A stretch of DNA of 63,920 bases, the filler included, from Acetivibrio sp. (GTDB lineage: Bacteria > Bacillota > Clostridia > Acetivibrionales > Acetivibrionaceae), in the NCBI RefSeq assembly GCF_035371925.1. It is 5 parts of 5 records of this genome, joined end to end, with 100 filler letters (N's around TTAATTAATTAA, not from the genome) between each part and the next. Parts side by side here need not be neighbours in the genome. Positions count along the whole stretch, not along the records: positions 1 to 14,153 come from NZ_DAORXT010000078.1; positions 14,254 to 28,208 come from NZ_DAORXT010000079.1; 3 more parts are not named here. One strand, 5' to 3'. Positions within the stretch are counted from its first letter, which is position 1. Each line of letters starts with the position of its first letter. Below are positions 10,025 to 19,103 of this stretch, one piece after another. The position numbers were made by a program, and so were the translations under genes. The notes beneath the pieces are model-generated. The model was given only the letters and a program-made list of their open reading frames with translations. It made no database searches and had not been told where the DNA came from.

Positions 10025-10736
10025 TTTTACCTACCTCACTTACAAAATAGTTTTCAAGTGAAGCAAAGTTTTTAAGGATGTTTTCGGTTGTATCCACATT
10101 AACCAATTTGCCGTTGTACAGTATCCCAATCCTGTTACACGTTATCTCCACATCATGGATTAGATGGCTTGAAATAAAGAAGGTGGTCTTCTCTGTCTCT
10201 GCAAGCATCTTAATAAGCTTTCTTATCTCTATCATGCCTTCTACGTCAAGCCCGTTTAACGGCTCGTCCAATACTACCAATTCGGGCTTGGATAAAATTG
10301 CTGCAGCCAAACCCATCCTCTGCTTCATACCGAGGGAAAAATTCTTCACCTTTTCATTTTTAAACTTAAGGATTCCGGTAAGCTCCAAAACCTCGTCAAT
10401 TCTACTATTATCCACATTATCATAGAACCTGGCAAAAAGCTTTAGGTTTTCATAGGGCGAAAGATATGCATAGGACTCCGCAGTCTCAATAATACATCCA
10501 ACATTCTTCATGGCCTTTTCAAATTCGGTTATGACACTGTGTCCGAAAATCTTCACATCTCCGCTGTCCGGATGCATGAGACCGGTCATAATCTTCATGG
10601 CCGTAGTCTTGCCAGCACCGTTAGGACCAAGAAATCCAAACACATCCCCTCTGTATACATCAAGATTTATATCAAAAATTCCTCTTCCATTCTTATATAA
10701 TTTGGTAAGTCCCCTTATTTCAAGAACAGTTTCCAT
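10011..10736 (-). CDS. ABC transporter ATP-binding protein (BcrA-like)
   Basis: GPNGAGKT, FSLGMKQR, LDEP, SSH. Confidence 0.93.
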   Translation of the reverse strand: METVLEIRGLTKLYKNGRGIFDINLDVYRGDVFGFLGPNGAGKTTAMKIMTGLMHPDSGDVKIFGHSVITEFEKAMKNVGCIIETAESYAYLSPYENLKLFARFYDNVDNSRIDEVLELTGILKFKNEKVKNFSLGMKQRMGLAAAILSKPELVVLDEPLNGLDVEGMIEIRKLIKMLAETEKTTFFISSHLIHDVEITCNRIGILYNGKLVNVDTTENILKNFASLENYFVSEVGKNGNV

Positions 10737-10764
10737 TTAGCCCTCCAAAAAAATAATAATTTAT

Positions 10765-10797
10765 GAAACCGACAGCGGAAAACCCGCTGTCAGTCTC
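10765..10797 (-). terminator. Intercistronic stem-loop
   Basis: GACAGCGG-AAAAC-CCGCTGTC stem extended by GAAACC/AGTCTC; short U tail on the minus strand. Confidence 0.6.
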
Positions 10798-10832
10798 AAG
10801 AAATCTGAAACAATTTCTGTGCCAAGTGATTC

Positions 10833-12095
10833 TTACTCGTCAAAATCCTTGAAGAATGTCGAATTAAACAAGATTCCATCCTCAATATATCTATCAGTTG
10901 GAATATAGAATTCTACTCTTCCCATGTTCAAATACATGTAACCGTCAATTACTTTGCCTGAAGCATCGGTGGCTTCAAGATAATCTTTATTTTCATCGCT
11001 TATGTCTGCCTTTAAGCTGTAACTGCTCGATTCATTGTAATAATGAGCATAGTTTTCCTTGTAAATTTCGTTGTATGTTCCATAGACATAATCGTCATCA
11101 AAGCCTGTAATTTCTATAATCCTTTCACCTACCTTGACGAATCTGTCGTTTTCTTCTATCACAATGTCATTCTTCCATTTACCAAGATATTTTTCCAATT
11201 GAACGTAATTAAATCCCTTATTGTGTTCGATGTTCTTTTCTACTTGCTTACCGGTCAAGTCAGGCTTTACTATTTCAGTAGAGTTTATGTTGTAAACCTT
11301 GAGCACCAATTCAACTTTCAAATCATGCTTTGTTCCGTTTTCCTCACTTCCGGAGATTACAATTTCTCCAAACAGGTTTTCGACTATTCCGTCCCCGTTT
11401 ACATTAGCTCTTCCTCTTACTTCCTTCACAAACACATCATTCTTGAGGTACGGAATATCAAATTCATTCTGTCCCGAAGGACTGTCAAATACCGTTTTCT
11501 TTGCGGCATATGCCATAACTGCATTAACCAATGCAGGAATCTGTGCATCGCTCAATTCTCCGGAAAATTCCTTGGTTCCGTCAGAGTTTTCCGCTACAAT
11601 GACGTACTCCTTAAGATTTCCTATTAATGCATCGAATATTCTCTCAATGTACTCAAACTCTTCATCTTCAAAGAAATTCTCAAAAGCCGGTACATCTTTA
11701 TCTTCAACTTCCTTCTCATAAAGATAGTAGGTTTCTCTATTGTAGTTATGGTATATTGTAGACCAACTGTCACTATAGCGGAAAAAACCGTCCTTCAAAA
11801 CTCCGCCAACTTCGGTAGTCGATAATTCCTCCATTTTGTTGTTGGCAAAGTCATACTTTGTTATCGCGGAATTTGATATCAGCACTTTGTCATTATCCTT
11901 AACAGATAATCCCATTTCCGCGGTAAAGCTGTCGTATTCCTCCGCAATGCTTGCAACCGTTTTCTTTATCGCATCCTTAAGCTGGTCATACCCTGTTTTG
12001 GAAACAACATCCGCAAAGGCTGTTGACACAAACAATACTGCTCCGACGCAAAAACTTATCAGCATCGTCAGATTCTTTCTTCTTTTCATTTCCAC
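10833..12095 (-). CDS. Secreted protein of unknown function, first gene of the ABC/two-component operon
   Basis: Signal peptide MKRRKNLTMLISFCVGAVLFVSTAFA; acidic body; no family recognised. Confidence 0.75.
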   Translation of the reverse strand: MEMKRRKNLTMLISFCVGAVLFVSTAFADVVSKTGYDQLKDAIKKTVASIAEEYDSFTAEMGLSVKDNDKVLISNSAITKYDFANNKMEELSTTEVGGVLKDGFFRYSDSWSTIYHNYNRETYYLYEKEVEDKDVPAFENFFEDEEFEYIERIFDALIGNLKEYVIVAENSDGTKEFSGELSDAQIPALVNAVMAYAAKKTVFDSPSGQNEFDIPYLKNDVFVKEVRGRANVNGDGIVENLFGEIVISGSEENGTKHDLKVELVLKVYNINSTEIVKPDLTGKQVEKNIEHNKGFNYVQLEKYLGKWKNDIVIEENDRFVKVGERIIEITGFDDDYVYGTYNEIYKENYAHYYNESSSYSLKADISDENKDYLEATDASGKVIDGYMYLNMGRVEFYIPTDRYIEDGILFNSTFFKDFDE

Positions 12096-12177
12096 CTCTC
12101 CTTTTTAAATAAAATTTAAGGAAACGTCTCCTCACTTTCTATTCTACATACCAGCTATAAAATCCAACTAAATAATA

Positions 12178-12217
12178 TATAAACAATTTATAAACTTTTG
12201 TACAATTTCATATAAAC
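12178..12217 (-). promoter_or_regulatory. Tandem heptamer repeats, candidate OmpR-family operator
   Basis: TATAAAC at 12178, 12189 and 12211 (11 and 22 bp spacing), upstream of TAGAAT -10 at 12141-12146. Confidence 0.55.
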
Positions 12218-12232
12218 TTGCTTTGCAGACGG

Positions 12233-13840
12233 CTATCTGGCTTTATTCAATATGAATTTTGGTATCATTCCCTTGATTCGGGCCGGCAATACATCAAAAT
12301 CCCTTTTTGTTATTCCCCTGACCAGTATCATTATGTAGAAATATACCGCCATGCCAAACAGAACCGAAACAACTGTAGATAAAGCATTTACAAGATACGC
12401 ACTCTTGATAAATCCTAAAACAACGGACAATCCTTTGTATACAAGCCATACAGAAATACCCATCACAACTGATGAAACAGCCGGTTTTACCGATTGCTTC
12501 AGTATGTTTATTTTAATTTTCAATTCCTTTCTTACGGTTATTGTATTAAGAATAATGGTCAAGCCGTATCCCACCATACTTCCTATCACCGCACCCATGA
12601 TATTTATACGGGGATTTGCTATAAGTATGTAATTAAAAATTATCTTTGCTATAATTCCTAAAATTACGTTTATTGTTGCCTTGTACAGTTTTCCCGCCCC
12701 CTGCAAAATCGAAGACTGTATTTGTACAACGGACATGAGAATGAGTACCAGTGAACCGTAGCGCATTAGATGCGAGCCTGCTCCGTATTTCAATACGGCG
12801 TAAACAGGTTCACTCAATATGGACAACCCCACGGCCGATGGAATTACTATCAGCATGCAAAGCCTAAAAGCGTGGTTGGATTTGTCCTCAACCTGCTTTA
12901 CATCTTTTTCTGCTGCAGCTCCTGAAATAGACGGCAGTACCGCAGCCGCAAGAGCCGAAACTATGGAAATCGGCGCATTCATTATTTGCTGGTACTTGGA
13001 TAAATAGCTGTGCATGACCGATGCCATTTCCAGCGTATAACCGCCAGCCAAAAGACGCCCTCTTATATTGGCCACATCAATAAGGTTTCCTGCATATTGA
13101 GCACCCACGCAAATAGTTATGGGCAGGCTGTAATAAAATATCCTTGTGGCAAGCTCTTTGTATGAGTATCTTTTGGCAGTTTTTCTATGCTCTTTCAAAT
13201 TATTAATCTCTTCACTTCTTCTGTTGTATATAAATATTAGAACAATAACGGACGCCAATGCTCCCACAGTCGTTCCAACGGTACCTCCCGCACATGCTGC
13301 TTCAAGGCTTTTACTTATAAGCAATGCAGCAAACAGCACAGTGAATGTCATGTTGAATATCTGCTCAACCACTTGGGATACGGCGGTTGGAGTCATATTG
13401 CTCATCCCCTGGAAATATCCCTTGTACGCAGATGCCAATGCAGTAAAAAACAGTGTTGGAGACAATGCCGCTATTGCAAGGAATGATTTTTCCGAATTAA
13501 TCATGACAGCTAATGGCTTCGCTGTAACAAACATAAGCACCGTCAAAACAGTACCTATTATAATAAGGAAGAAACGCGATATTTTAAAAATCCTTAAAGC
13601 GTCTTTGTAGTTTCCCACAGCAACAAGCTCTGATACAGACTTTGCTATTGCAACGGGAATACCTGAATTGGCAATAACATAAATAAAAACATAAACCTGA
13701 TATGCAGCAGCATAAATACCGTTTCCTTCATCCCCTATAATGGCAAGTAAAAAAGGAATATAAAGTACCGATAATACTTTTGTTATCAGTCCTGCCGCCG
13801 ACAGAACCGCAAACCCCTTTGTCATTGACTGTTTTTTCAT
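12233..13840 (-). CDS. MOP-superfamily flippase (SpoVB/YabM/MurJ-like)
   Basis: About 14 TM segments, GDEGNGIY, KGYFQG, SQVVEQ. Confidence 0.88.
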   Translation of the reverse strand: MKKQSMTKGFAVLSAAGLITKVLSVLYIPFLLAIIGDEGNGIYAAAYQVYVFIYVIANSGIPVAIAKSVSELVAVGNYKDALRIFKISRFFLIIIGTVLTVLMFVTAKPLAVMINSEKSFLAIAALSPTLFFTALASAYKGYFQGMSNMTPTAVSQVVEQIFNMTFTVLFAALLISKSLEAACAGGTVGTTVGALASVIVLIFIYNRRSEEINNLKEHRKTAKRYSYKELATRIFYYSLPITICVGAQYAGNLIDVANIRGRLLAGGYTLEMASVMHSYLSKYQQIMNAPISIVSALAAAVLPSISGAAAEKDVKQVEDKSNHAFRLCMLIVIPSAVGLSILSEPVYAVLKYGAGSHLMRYGSLVLILMSVVQIQSSILQGAGKLYKATINVILGIIAKIIFNYILIANPRINIMGAVIGSMVGYGLTIILNTITVRKELKIKINILKQSVKPAVSSVVMGISVWLVYKGLSVVLGFIKSAYLVNALSTVVSVLFGMAVYFYIMILVRGITKRDFDVLPARIKGMIPKFILNKAR

Positions 13841-13995
13841 ACCTACTCCTAATTTCCATAAATTATGCCTTCAACTGATATTATTGACAGCATATGCGCC
13901 ATCATACCTATTCTAATACAATGAATGGAGTTGTTCAAGTTCTATGAGCTTGCAGAACTATATTTCTTAAAAGAAATTTTGTGTATGAATAAAAC

Positions 13996-14024
13996 AAAGC
14001 CCTATGGAGTAACCATAGGACTTT
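13996..14024 (-). terminator. Terminator downstream of the 5S rRNA
   Basis: AAAGCCCTATGG-AGTAA-CCATAGGACTTT hairpin. Confidence 0.7.
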
Positions 14025-14034
14025 GATATTAAAT

Positions 14035-14100
14035 CTGGCAGCGACCTACTTTCCCGGGACGTCTCCATCCAAGTATCATCGGCACTGAGAAGCTTAACCG
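14035..14100 (-). rRNA. rrf: 5S rRNA, 3' ~66 nt only (5' part missing)
   Basis: Reverse strand CGGTTAAGCTTCTCAGTGCCGATGATACTTGG...GAAAGTAGGTCGCTGCCAG matches the 3' half of Bacillota 5S. Confidence 0.85.
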
Positions 14101-14153
14101 GGAGTTTGACAGTTAGTTGCTAAAAATTAAAAAGTAAAACGTCTGAAACCCAT

Positions 14154-14253
14154 NNNNNNNNNNNNNNNNNNNNNNNNNNNNNNNNNNNNNNNNNNNNTTA
14201 ATTAATTAANNNNNNNNNNNNNNNNNNNNNNNNNNNNNNNNNNNNNNNNNNNN
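14154..14253. other. Artificial contig linker
   Basis: N44-TTAATTAATTAA-N44; stop codons in all six frames. Confidence 0.98.
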
Positions 14254-14435
14254 GTGAAAAACAGAATTTTATATGATATTATGAAAAAAGCAAATACCTA
14301 TCTATTTTTTGCAGTATATTAAAAATTATCTTAAAAGAATAATGGAAATTAATACGGTGGTATAAGTGTACATAATTTGCTATAATATTGACTGTGAATT
14401 GATTTATTTTTATTTGAGAGAGAAGGAAAAAGAAA

Positions 14436-15029
14436 TTGTTTACAAAATTGGCAGAAATGTACATAACATTGTTTCCTGTCATACTGGCAGGTATATTTAA
14501 TATGATTTGGTGTAAGCTGCCTGTGTGTGATTTCATGAGAAAACCCATTGATGGCGGGATTTGTATATGGGATGGAAGAAGATTGTTTGGTGATAACAAA
14601 ACATGGAAGGGATTTGTCGGAATGATGCTTGGGGGAGCTGTTCTGACCATTCTATGGGGACTTATCTGTGATACAAATGCATATCTCACTGCACACAATT
14701 ATATATATGCCACAAGAGAAAACACCATTATGTATAATGCTGTAATGGGCGTAATGCTTGGCTTCGCATATGCCCTTTTCGAACTTCCCAACAGCTTTAT
14801 AAAAAGAAGAATGGATATTAAGCCCGGAAAGACCACAGATGGCTTTAAAAAGGTGTTTTTTATATTTATGGACCAAGCTGATTCAATATTTGGGTGTGTA
14901 TTGGTAGTTTGCTTTGTTTATACAATGTCGATACAATTTTACTTTACATATGTATTGGTTGGTGCATTAACACATATAGTTTTAAACATGTTGTTGTATT
15001 TGGTTAAGCTCAGGAAGAACATGTTTTAG
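14436..15029 (+). CDS. CDP-archaeol synthase (CarS)-like membrane cytidylyltransferase
   Basis: PIDGG..W.DGRRLFGDNKTWKG, ELPNSFIKRR.DI.PG and DQADS motifs; TTG start. Confidence 0.8.
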   Translation: MFTKLAEMYITLFPVILAGIFNMIWCKLPVCDFMRKPIDGGICIWDGRRLFGDNKTWKGFVGMMLGGAVLTILWGLICDTNAYLTAHNYIYATRENTIMYNAVMGVMLGFAYALFELPNSFIKRRMDIKPGKTTDGFKKVFFIFMDQADSIFGCVLVVCFVYTMSIQFYFTYVLVGALTHIVLNMLLYLVKLRKNMF

Positions 15030-15040
15030 GAGGATATAGT

Positions 15041-17551
15041 ATGCTTGTTGGTTTAAGCGGTTATGTCGGGGCGGACAAGGTAGGAAATAAAGCACATTCG
15101 CTTATACATTTAAAAAATAACGGATTTTGCGTACCCGACGGCTTTGTGCTTGACAGTGATACATTTGATGAAATAATAAAAACAAATGGATTAGACGGCA
15201 AAATTAATGAATTGTTGTCAAAAATAAATAAAAATAATATAAGGGAAATCAGTTCGCAAATAATTAATCTGTTTGATGGAATAAAAATTAATGATAATAT
15301 TGTATCTGAAATATCAAATTTTCTTCAAAATAAAAAATATGCGGTACGCAGCAGCGGCCTCAAGGAGGACCTTGCAGGCTTTGCTTTTGCAGGGCAATAC
15401 CGCACTTTTTTAAATGTAGAAGGAATTGATGAAATATGTAAGAAAGCTTTGGAATGCTACAAGTCCATGTACAGAGAGGGAGTGTTGTCTTACCTCATTG
15501 ATAACGAACTGGGCGTAAGTGACCTTAAAATGGCAGTTGTTGTTCAGGAAATGGTTGAAGCAGATGTAAGCGGTATTGTATTTACTGTAAATCCACTTAC
15601 CGGAAATGATAAAGAAATTGTTGTGGAAGCGGCTAAGGGGCTTGGAGAGGAAATTGTAAGCGGCAGGGTTAACCCGGAACGCTATTTATATAATTGGTTT
15701 GACGGCAAGGAATCATATGAAGGTACCAATAAGCTTTTGACAAGAGAAAAGTTTTTGGAGCTTGCCAAAATGGCACTGGATATTCAGATTCTCTATGGAT
15801 TACCATGTGACATAGAGTTTGCCATTAGAAACGGAAAAATATATTTTGTTCAGGCACGTGCCATAACAAAAATAATGTATTCAGGCATAAAGGATCAGTG
15901 GACAACAGCCGATTTTAAGGATGGAGGGGTATCGGCCGGTGTGTGCACTCCCTATATGTGGAGCCTTTATGAGTACATTTGGGAGTATACCCTTAAGAAA
16001 TTTGTGTTTGATGCTAAAATCCTCAGAAAGAATGAATGGCGAAAGGCCGGTGACATGTTCTATGGACGGCCCTATTGGAATTTAAGTCTTGTAAAAACGG
16101 CCATGTCAAAGGTTCCGGGATACAAGGAGAGAGAGTTTGATAATGATTTGGGTGTTATGCCTACTTACGAGGGCGATGGAGAGGTTACAAGGATAACGCC
16201 TAAAACTCTATTGGGGATTCTAAGAATGGCTATAGCACAGAAGAAGATAGTTGCTGAAAGAAGCAAGAATGCTGAGAAAATTAAAAGTGAGCTTTTGGAT
16301 AAATATTTTAACTATGTTAAAATTTACAATAATCAAGAAAAGATTGGTGATTTGGAATCCATATGGTACAAGCTTGTTAAGGAAGACTATCTCCAAAGCG
16401 AAAGTACATATTTCTGGCAGATATTCATCAATACAGTCAACCAGTCTATTTTTAAGGATAGATTGCTTAAGTATGTAAGCAGCGGAGAGTATTTTAACCT
16501 TATTGGAGGGCTTGACAACATATCTCATCTTCTTCCTTTTTACTATATGTGGGATGTATCGAGAAGGATTATCGCAGATAAAAAGGCATATGACTTTTGG
16601 AGTAACAGCGAAATATCGGCAATTAAAAAGGCGTATGATGAAAAAAGCAGTGAGAACTATATACCGAAGTTGGCTGAATTTATTGATTTGTATGGCTATC
16701 ATTCCGAAAAGGAGCTGGATGTAACATATCCATGCTACTGCGAAGATGTGGAAAGCGTTATTAAAATGTTTAAGGAAACAATCGCGTTAGATGACAGCCT
16801 TAGCCCTGAAGGAGACAGAAAGCATCAGGCAGACGTTTTTGAAAAACAAAAGCAGAAATTGAAGGAACGGGTTGGCAGCAGGAAGTATTCCAAGTTGGAA
16901 GAAAGTATAGCTAAAATGCGAAGCATGCTTTGGTGGAGAGAGGAATTCAGGGATGTTTCCACAAGATTTTACTATATAATACGTATTTTTACAATGAAGC
17001 TTTCAAAAGAATATGTTAAGTCGGGAATATTAACACGTGAAGATGACATTTGGTATACAAAGATAGATGATGTTTTTAGATTTATCGACAGGAAGATTAC
17101 AAAAGAGGATTTAATAAATATCATAGTAAGGAACAGAAAGTATTATCAGTCCTTTCGCAATTTTTTAAGTGAAAATGAAATTGGAGCAGCATTTAATGTG
17201 GATTCCCACAAAAGAAAGACGATATCCGGCGGGATAAAGGGAATCGGATGTAATAACGGCACGGTTACGGGAACTGCAAGGGTAATCAACAGCCTTGCTG
17301 AAATAGACCGCCTTCAGGTGGGGGATATCCTTGTGACAAAGTTTACGGACACTGGGTGGACAAGCAAGTTTGCCATTTTAAAAGGTATTGTCACCGAATA
17401 TGGCGGGATATTGTGCCATGCAGCTATTGTTTCGAGGGAATACGGAATTCCCTGTGTGGTATGCACAAACGATGCCACAAGGATTATTAAAGACGGAAGC
17501 ACAATAACAATAAACGGGACAACCGGAGAAATTACTGTAGAAAAGGAATAG
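15041..17551 (+). CDS. PEP-utilizing-family dikinase 1, rifampin-phosphotransferase architecture
   Basis: ATP-grasp (AVRSS..ED..FAGQY, VVQEMV, DIEFA, VQARAIT), helical middle domain, C-terminal phospho-His domain GGILCHAAIVSREYGIP. Confidence 0.88.
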   Translation: MLVGLSGYVGADKVGNKAHSLIHLKNNGFCVPDGFVLDSDTFDEIIKTNGLDGKINELLSKINKNNIREISSQIINLFDGIKINDNIVSEISNFLQNKKYAVRSSGLKEDLAGFAFAGQYRTFLNVEGIDEICKKALECYKSMYREGVLSYLIDNELGVSDLKMAVVVQEMVEADVSGIVFTVNPLTGNDKEIVVEAAKGLGEEIVSGRVNPERYLYNWFDGKESYEGTNKLLTREKFLELAKMALDIQILYGLPCDIEFAIRNGKIYFVQARAITKIMYSGIKDQWTTADFKDGGVSAGVCTPYMWSLYEYIWEYTLKKFVFDAKILRKNEWRKAGDMFYGRPYWNLSLVKTAMSKVPGYKEREFDNDLGVMPTYEGDGEVTRITPKTLLGILRMAIAQKKIVAERSKNAEKIKSELLDKYFNYVKIYNNQEKIGDLESIWYKLVKEDYLQSESTYFWQIFINTVNQSIFKDRLLKYVSSGEYFNLIGGLDNISHLLPFYYMWDVSRRIIADKKAYDFWSNSEISAIKKAYDEKSSENYIPKLAEFIDLYGYHSEKELDVTYPCYCEDVESVIKMFKETIALDDSLSPEGDRKHQADVFEKQKQKLKERVGSRKYSKLEESIAKMRSMLWWREEFRDVSTRFYYIIRIFTMKLSKEYVKSGILTREDDIWYTKIDDVFRFIDRKITKEDLINIIVRNRKYYQSFRNFLSENEIGAAFNVDSHKRKTISGGIKGIGCNNGTVTGTARVINSLAEIDRLQVGDILVTKFTDTGWTSKFAILKGIVTEYGGILCHAAIVSREYGIPCVVCTNDATRIIKDGSTITINGTTGEITVEKE

Positions 17552-17559
17552 TTAAAGGG

Positions 17560-18174
17560 ATGTTTATAGGGTTATACAACAAATCAATAATACTTACTTA
17601 TATAGGCGTGGCATTAGCGGTCACTGGGATTTATTTTTCATTTGTACCTAATATCCGTTATGCAATGCTGTGCCTTGCAATCAGCGGAGTGTGCGATCTA
17701 TTTGACGGGATGGTTGCAAGACGATGCAAGAGAAATGAGGAAGAGAAATTGTTTGGAGTGGAAATAGATTCTCTTGCGGATATGATGGGCTTTGTGGCAC
17801 TTCCCATAGCTGTATGCTGCGGAATGGGCTTAACAAAGTGGTATAATGTGGCGATTTATATAGCTTATACATTGGCTGCCATTTCAAGGTTGGGATATTT
17901 TAATATTGTTGCAAAGAGTTCAGCAACTGATTCTCCCGTCAAGCATTACACAGGCCTGCCTGTGACTTTTGCAGCCCTCATATTTACAACTGCATGGTTT
18001 CTTAGTTTCATATTATCGGATAGCATTTTTGCAGCTTTTTATAGCTTGGTCATGCTTATTGTGGCGTTGTTGTTTGTGCTCAAAATAAAAGTGCCCAAAC
18101 CTAGAGGAATAGCCTATGTATTTTTAGGGCTTATTGCAATCGTAGTATGTTGTGCCATTATTTTTGCGGGATAA
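17560..18174 (+). CDS. pssA: CDP-alcohol phosphatidyltransferase, PssA-like
   Basis: DLFDGMVAR...GVEIDSLAD signature; directly upstream of psd. Confidence 0.82.
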   Translation: MFIGLYNKSIILTYIGVALAVTGIYFSFVPNIRYAMLCLAISGVCDLFDGMVARRCKRNEEEKLFGVEIDSLADMMGFVALPIAVCCGMGLTKWYNVAIYIAYTLAAISRLGYFNIVAKSSATDSPVKHYTGLPVTFAALIFTTAWFLSFILSDSIFAAFYSLVMLIVALLFVLKIKVPKPRGIAYVFLGLIAIVVCCAIIFAG

Positions 18175-18185
18175 GGGAAAATAAG

Positions 18186-19103
18186 ATGGTGGAAAAGCAA
18201 ATGGTAGAAAAGAAAATGGATGTGTATATTTATAATCGTGAAACCAAAAGCCTGTATCAGGAGAAACAATTTAAAGAAAAGCAGCTTAAGTTTTTGTATG
18301 ATACTGTTTTAGGGCGGATTATTTTAAGGCTTTTTATTGCAGGTAAATGGTATTCAAGATATAATGCAAAGAAAAATGGCTTAAGAAAGTCCGTTGCAAG
18401 AATTCAGCCCTTTATAGAGGAATACGGAATTGATATGACGCAGTACCAAAAAAAGGAATACAAGTCTTTTAATGATTTTTTCATAAGGACAATAATTCCC
18501 GAGAAAAGGCCAATTCCCAAGGATGAAAATGTACTGATTTCGGTTGCGGATTCTAAGCTTATGTATTATAAAATTGAAAAAGACATTGGCATTAAAATAA
18601 AAAACAGCATTTATACCGTTGAAGAGCTGCTTCATGACAGGGAGCTTGCCGGAGAATACAGAGGAGGAACATGCCTTGTATTTCGCCTTACTGTGGATGA
18701 TTATCATCATTATTGCTATTGTGATGACGGTAAGCTTTTGTACAGCAAGAAAATTTCAGGCAGACTGCATACTGTAGGTCCTATTTCTGCTAAAAAATAT
18801 AGGGTGTATTGTGAAAACAGCAGGGAGTATTCGGTACTTGAGACGATGCACTTTGGAAAAGTGGTGCAGATGGAAGTAGGAGCACTGCTGGTGGGAAAGA
18901 TAGTTAACAATTTAAAGGAAGCTTTTAAAAAGGGTGAGGAAAAGGGCTGGTTTGAAATGGGAGGTTCCACAATAGTACTTCTATTTAGAGAGAATACAGT
19001 AACAATTGATGAAGATATTGTTTCAAACTCAGCCAAGGGCATTGAAACAAAAGTGAAGTACGGTGAGAGAATAGGTGAGAAAATAGGGGAGAGAAAATGT
19101 TAA
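18186..19103 (+). CDS. psd: Phosphatidylserine decarboxylase proenzyme
   Basis: FNDFFIR, DYHH, ENSR, EVGALLVG, and the GGST self-cleavage motif. Confidence 0.9.
   Translation: MVEKQMVEKKMDVYIYNRETKSLYQEKQFKEKQLKFLYDTVLGRIILRLFIAGKWYSRYNAKKNGLRKSVARIQPFIEEYGIDMTQYQKKEYKSFNDFFIRTIIPEKRPIPKDENVLISVADSKLMYYKIEKDIGIKIKNSIYTVEELLHDRELAGEYRGGTCLVFRLTVDDYHHYCYCDDGKLLYSKKISGRLHTVGPISAKKYRVYCENSREYSVLETMHFGKVVQMEVGALLVGKIVNNLKEAFKKGEEKGWFEMGGSTIVLLFRENTVTIDEDIVSNSAKGIETKVKYGERIGEKIGERKC

Noticed and set aside
14198..14209. TTAATTAATTAA palindrome repeated four times as a biological repeat
   Set aside because: It is always centred in 100-nt N spacers, i.e. an assembly linker.
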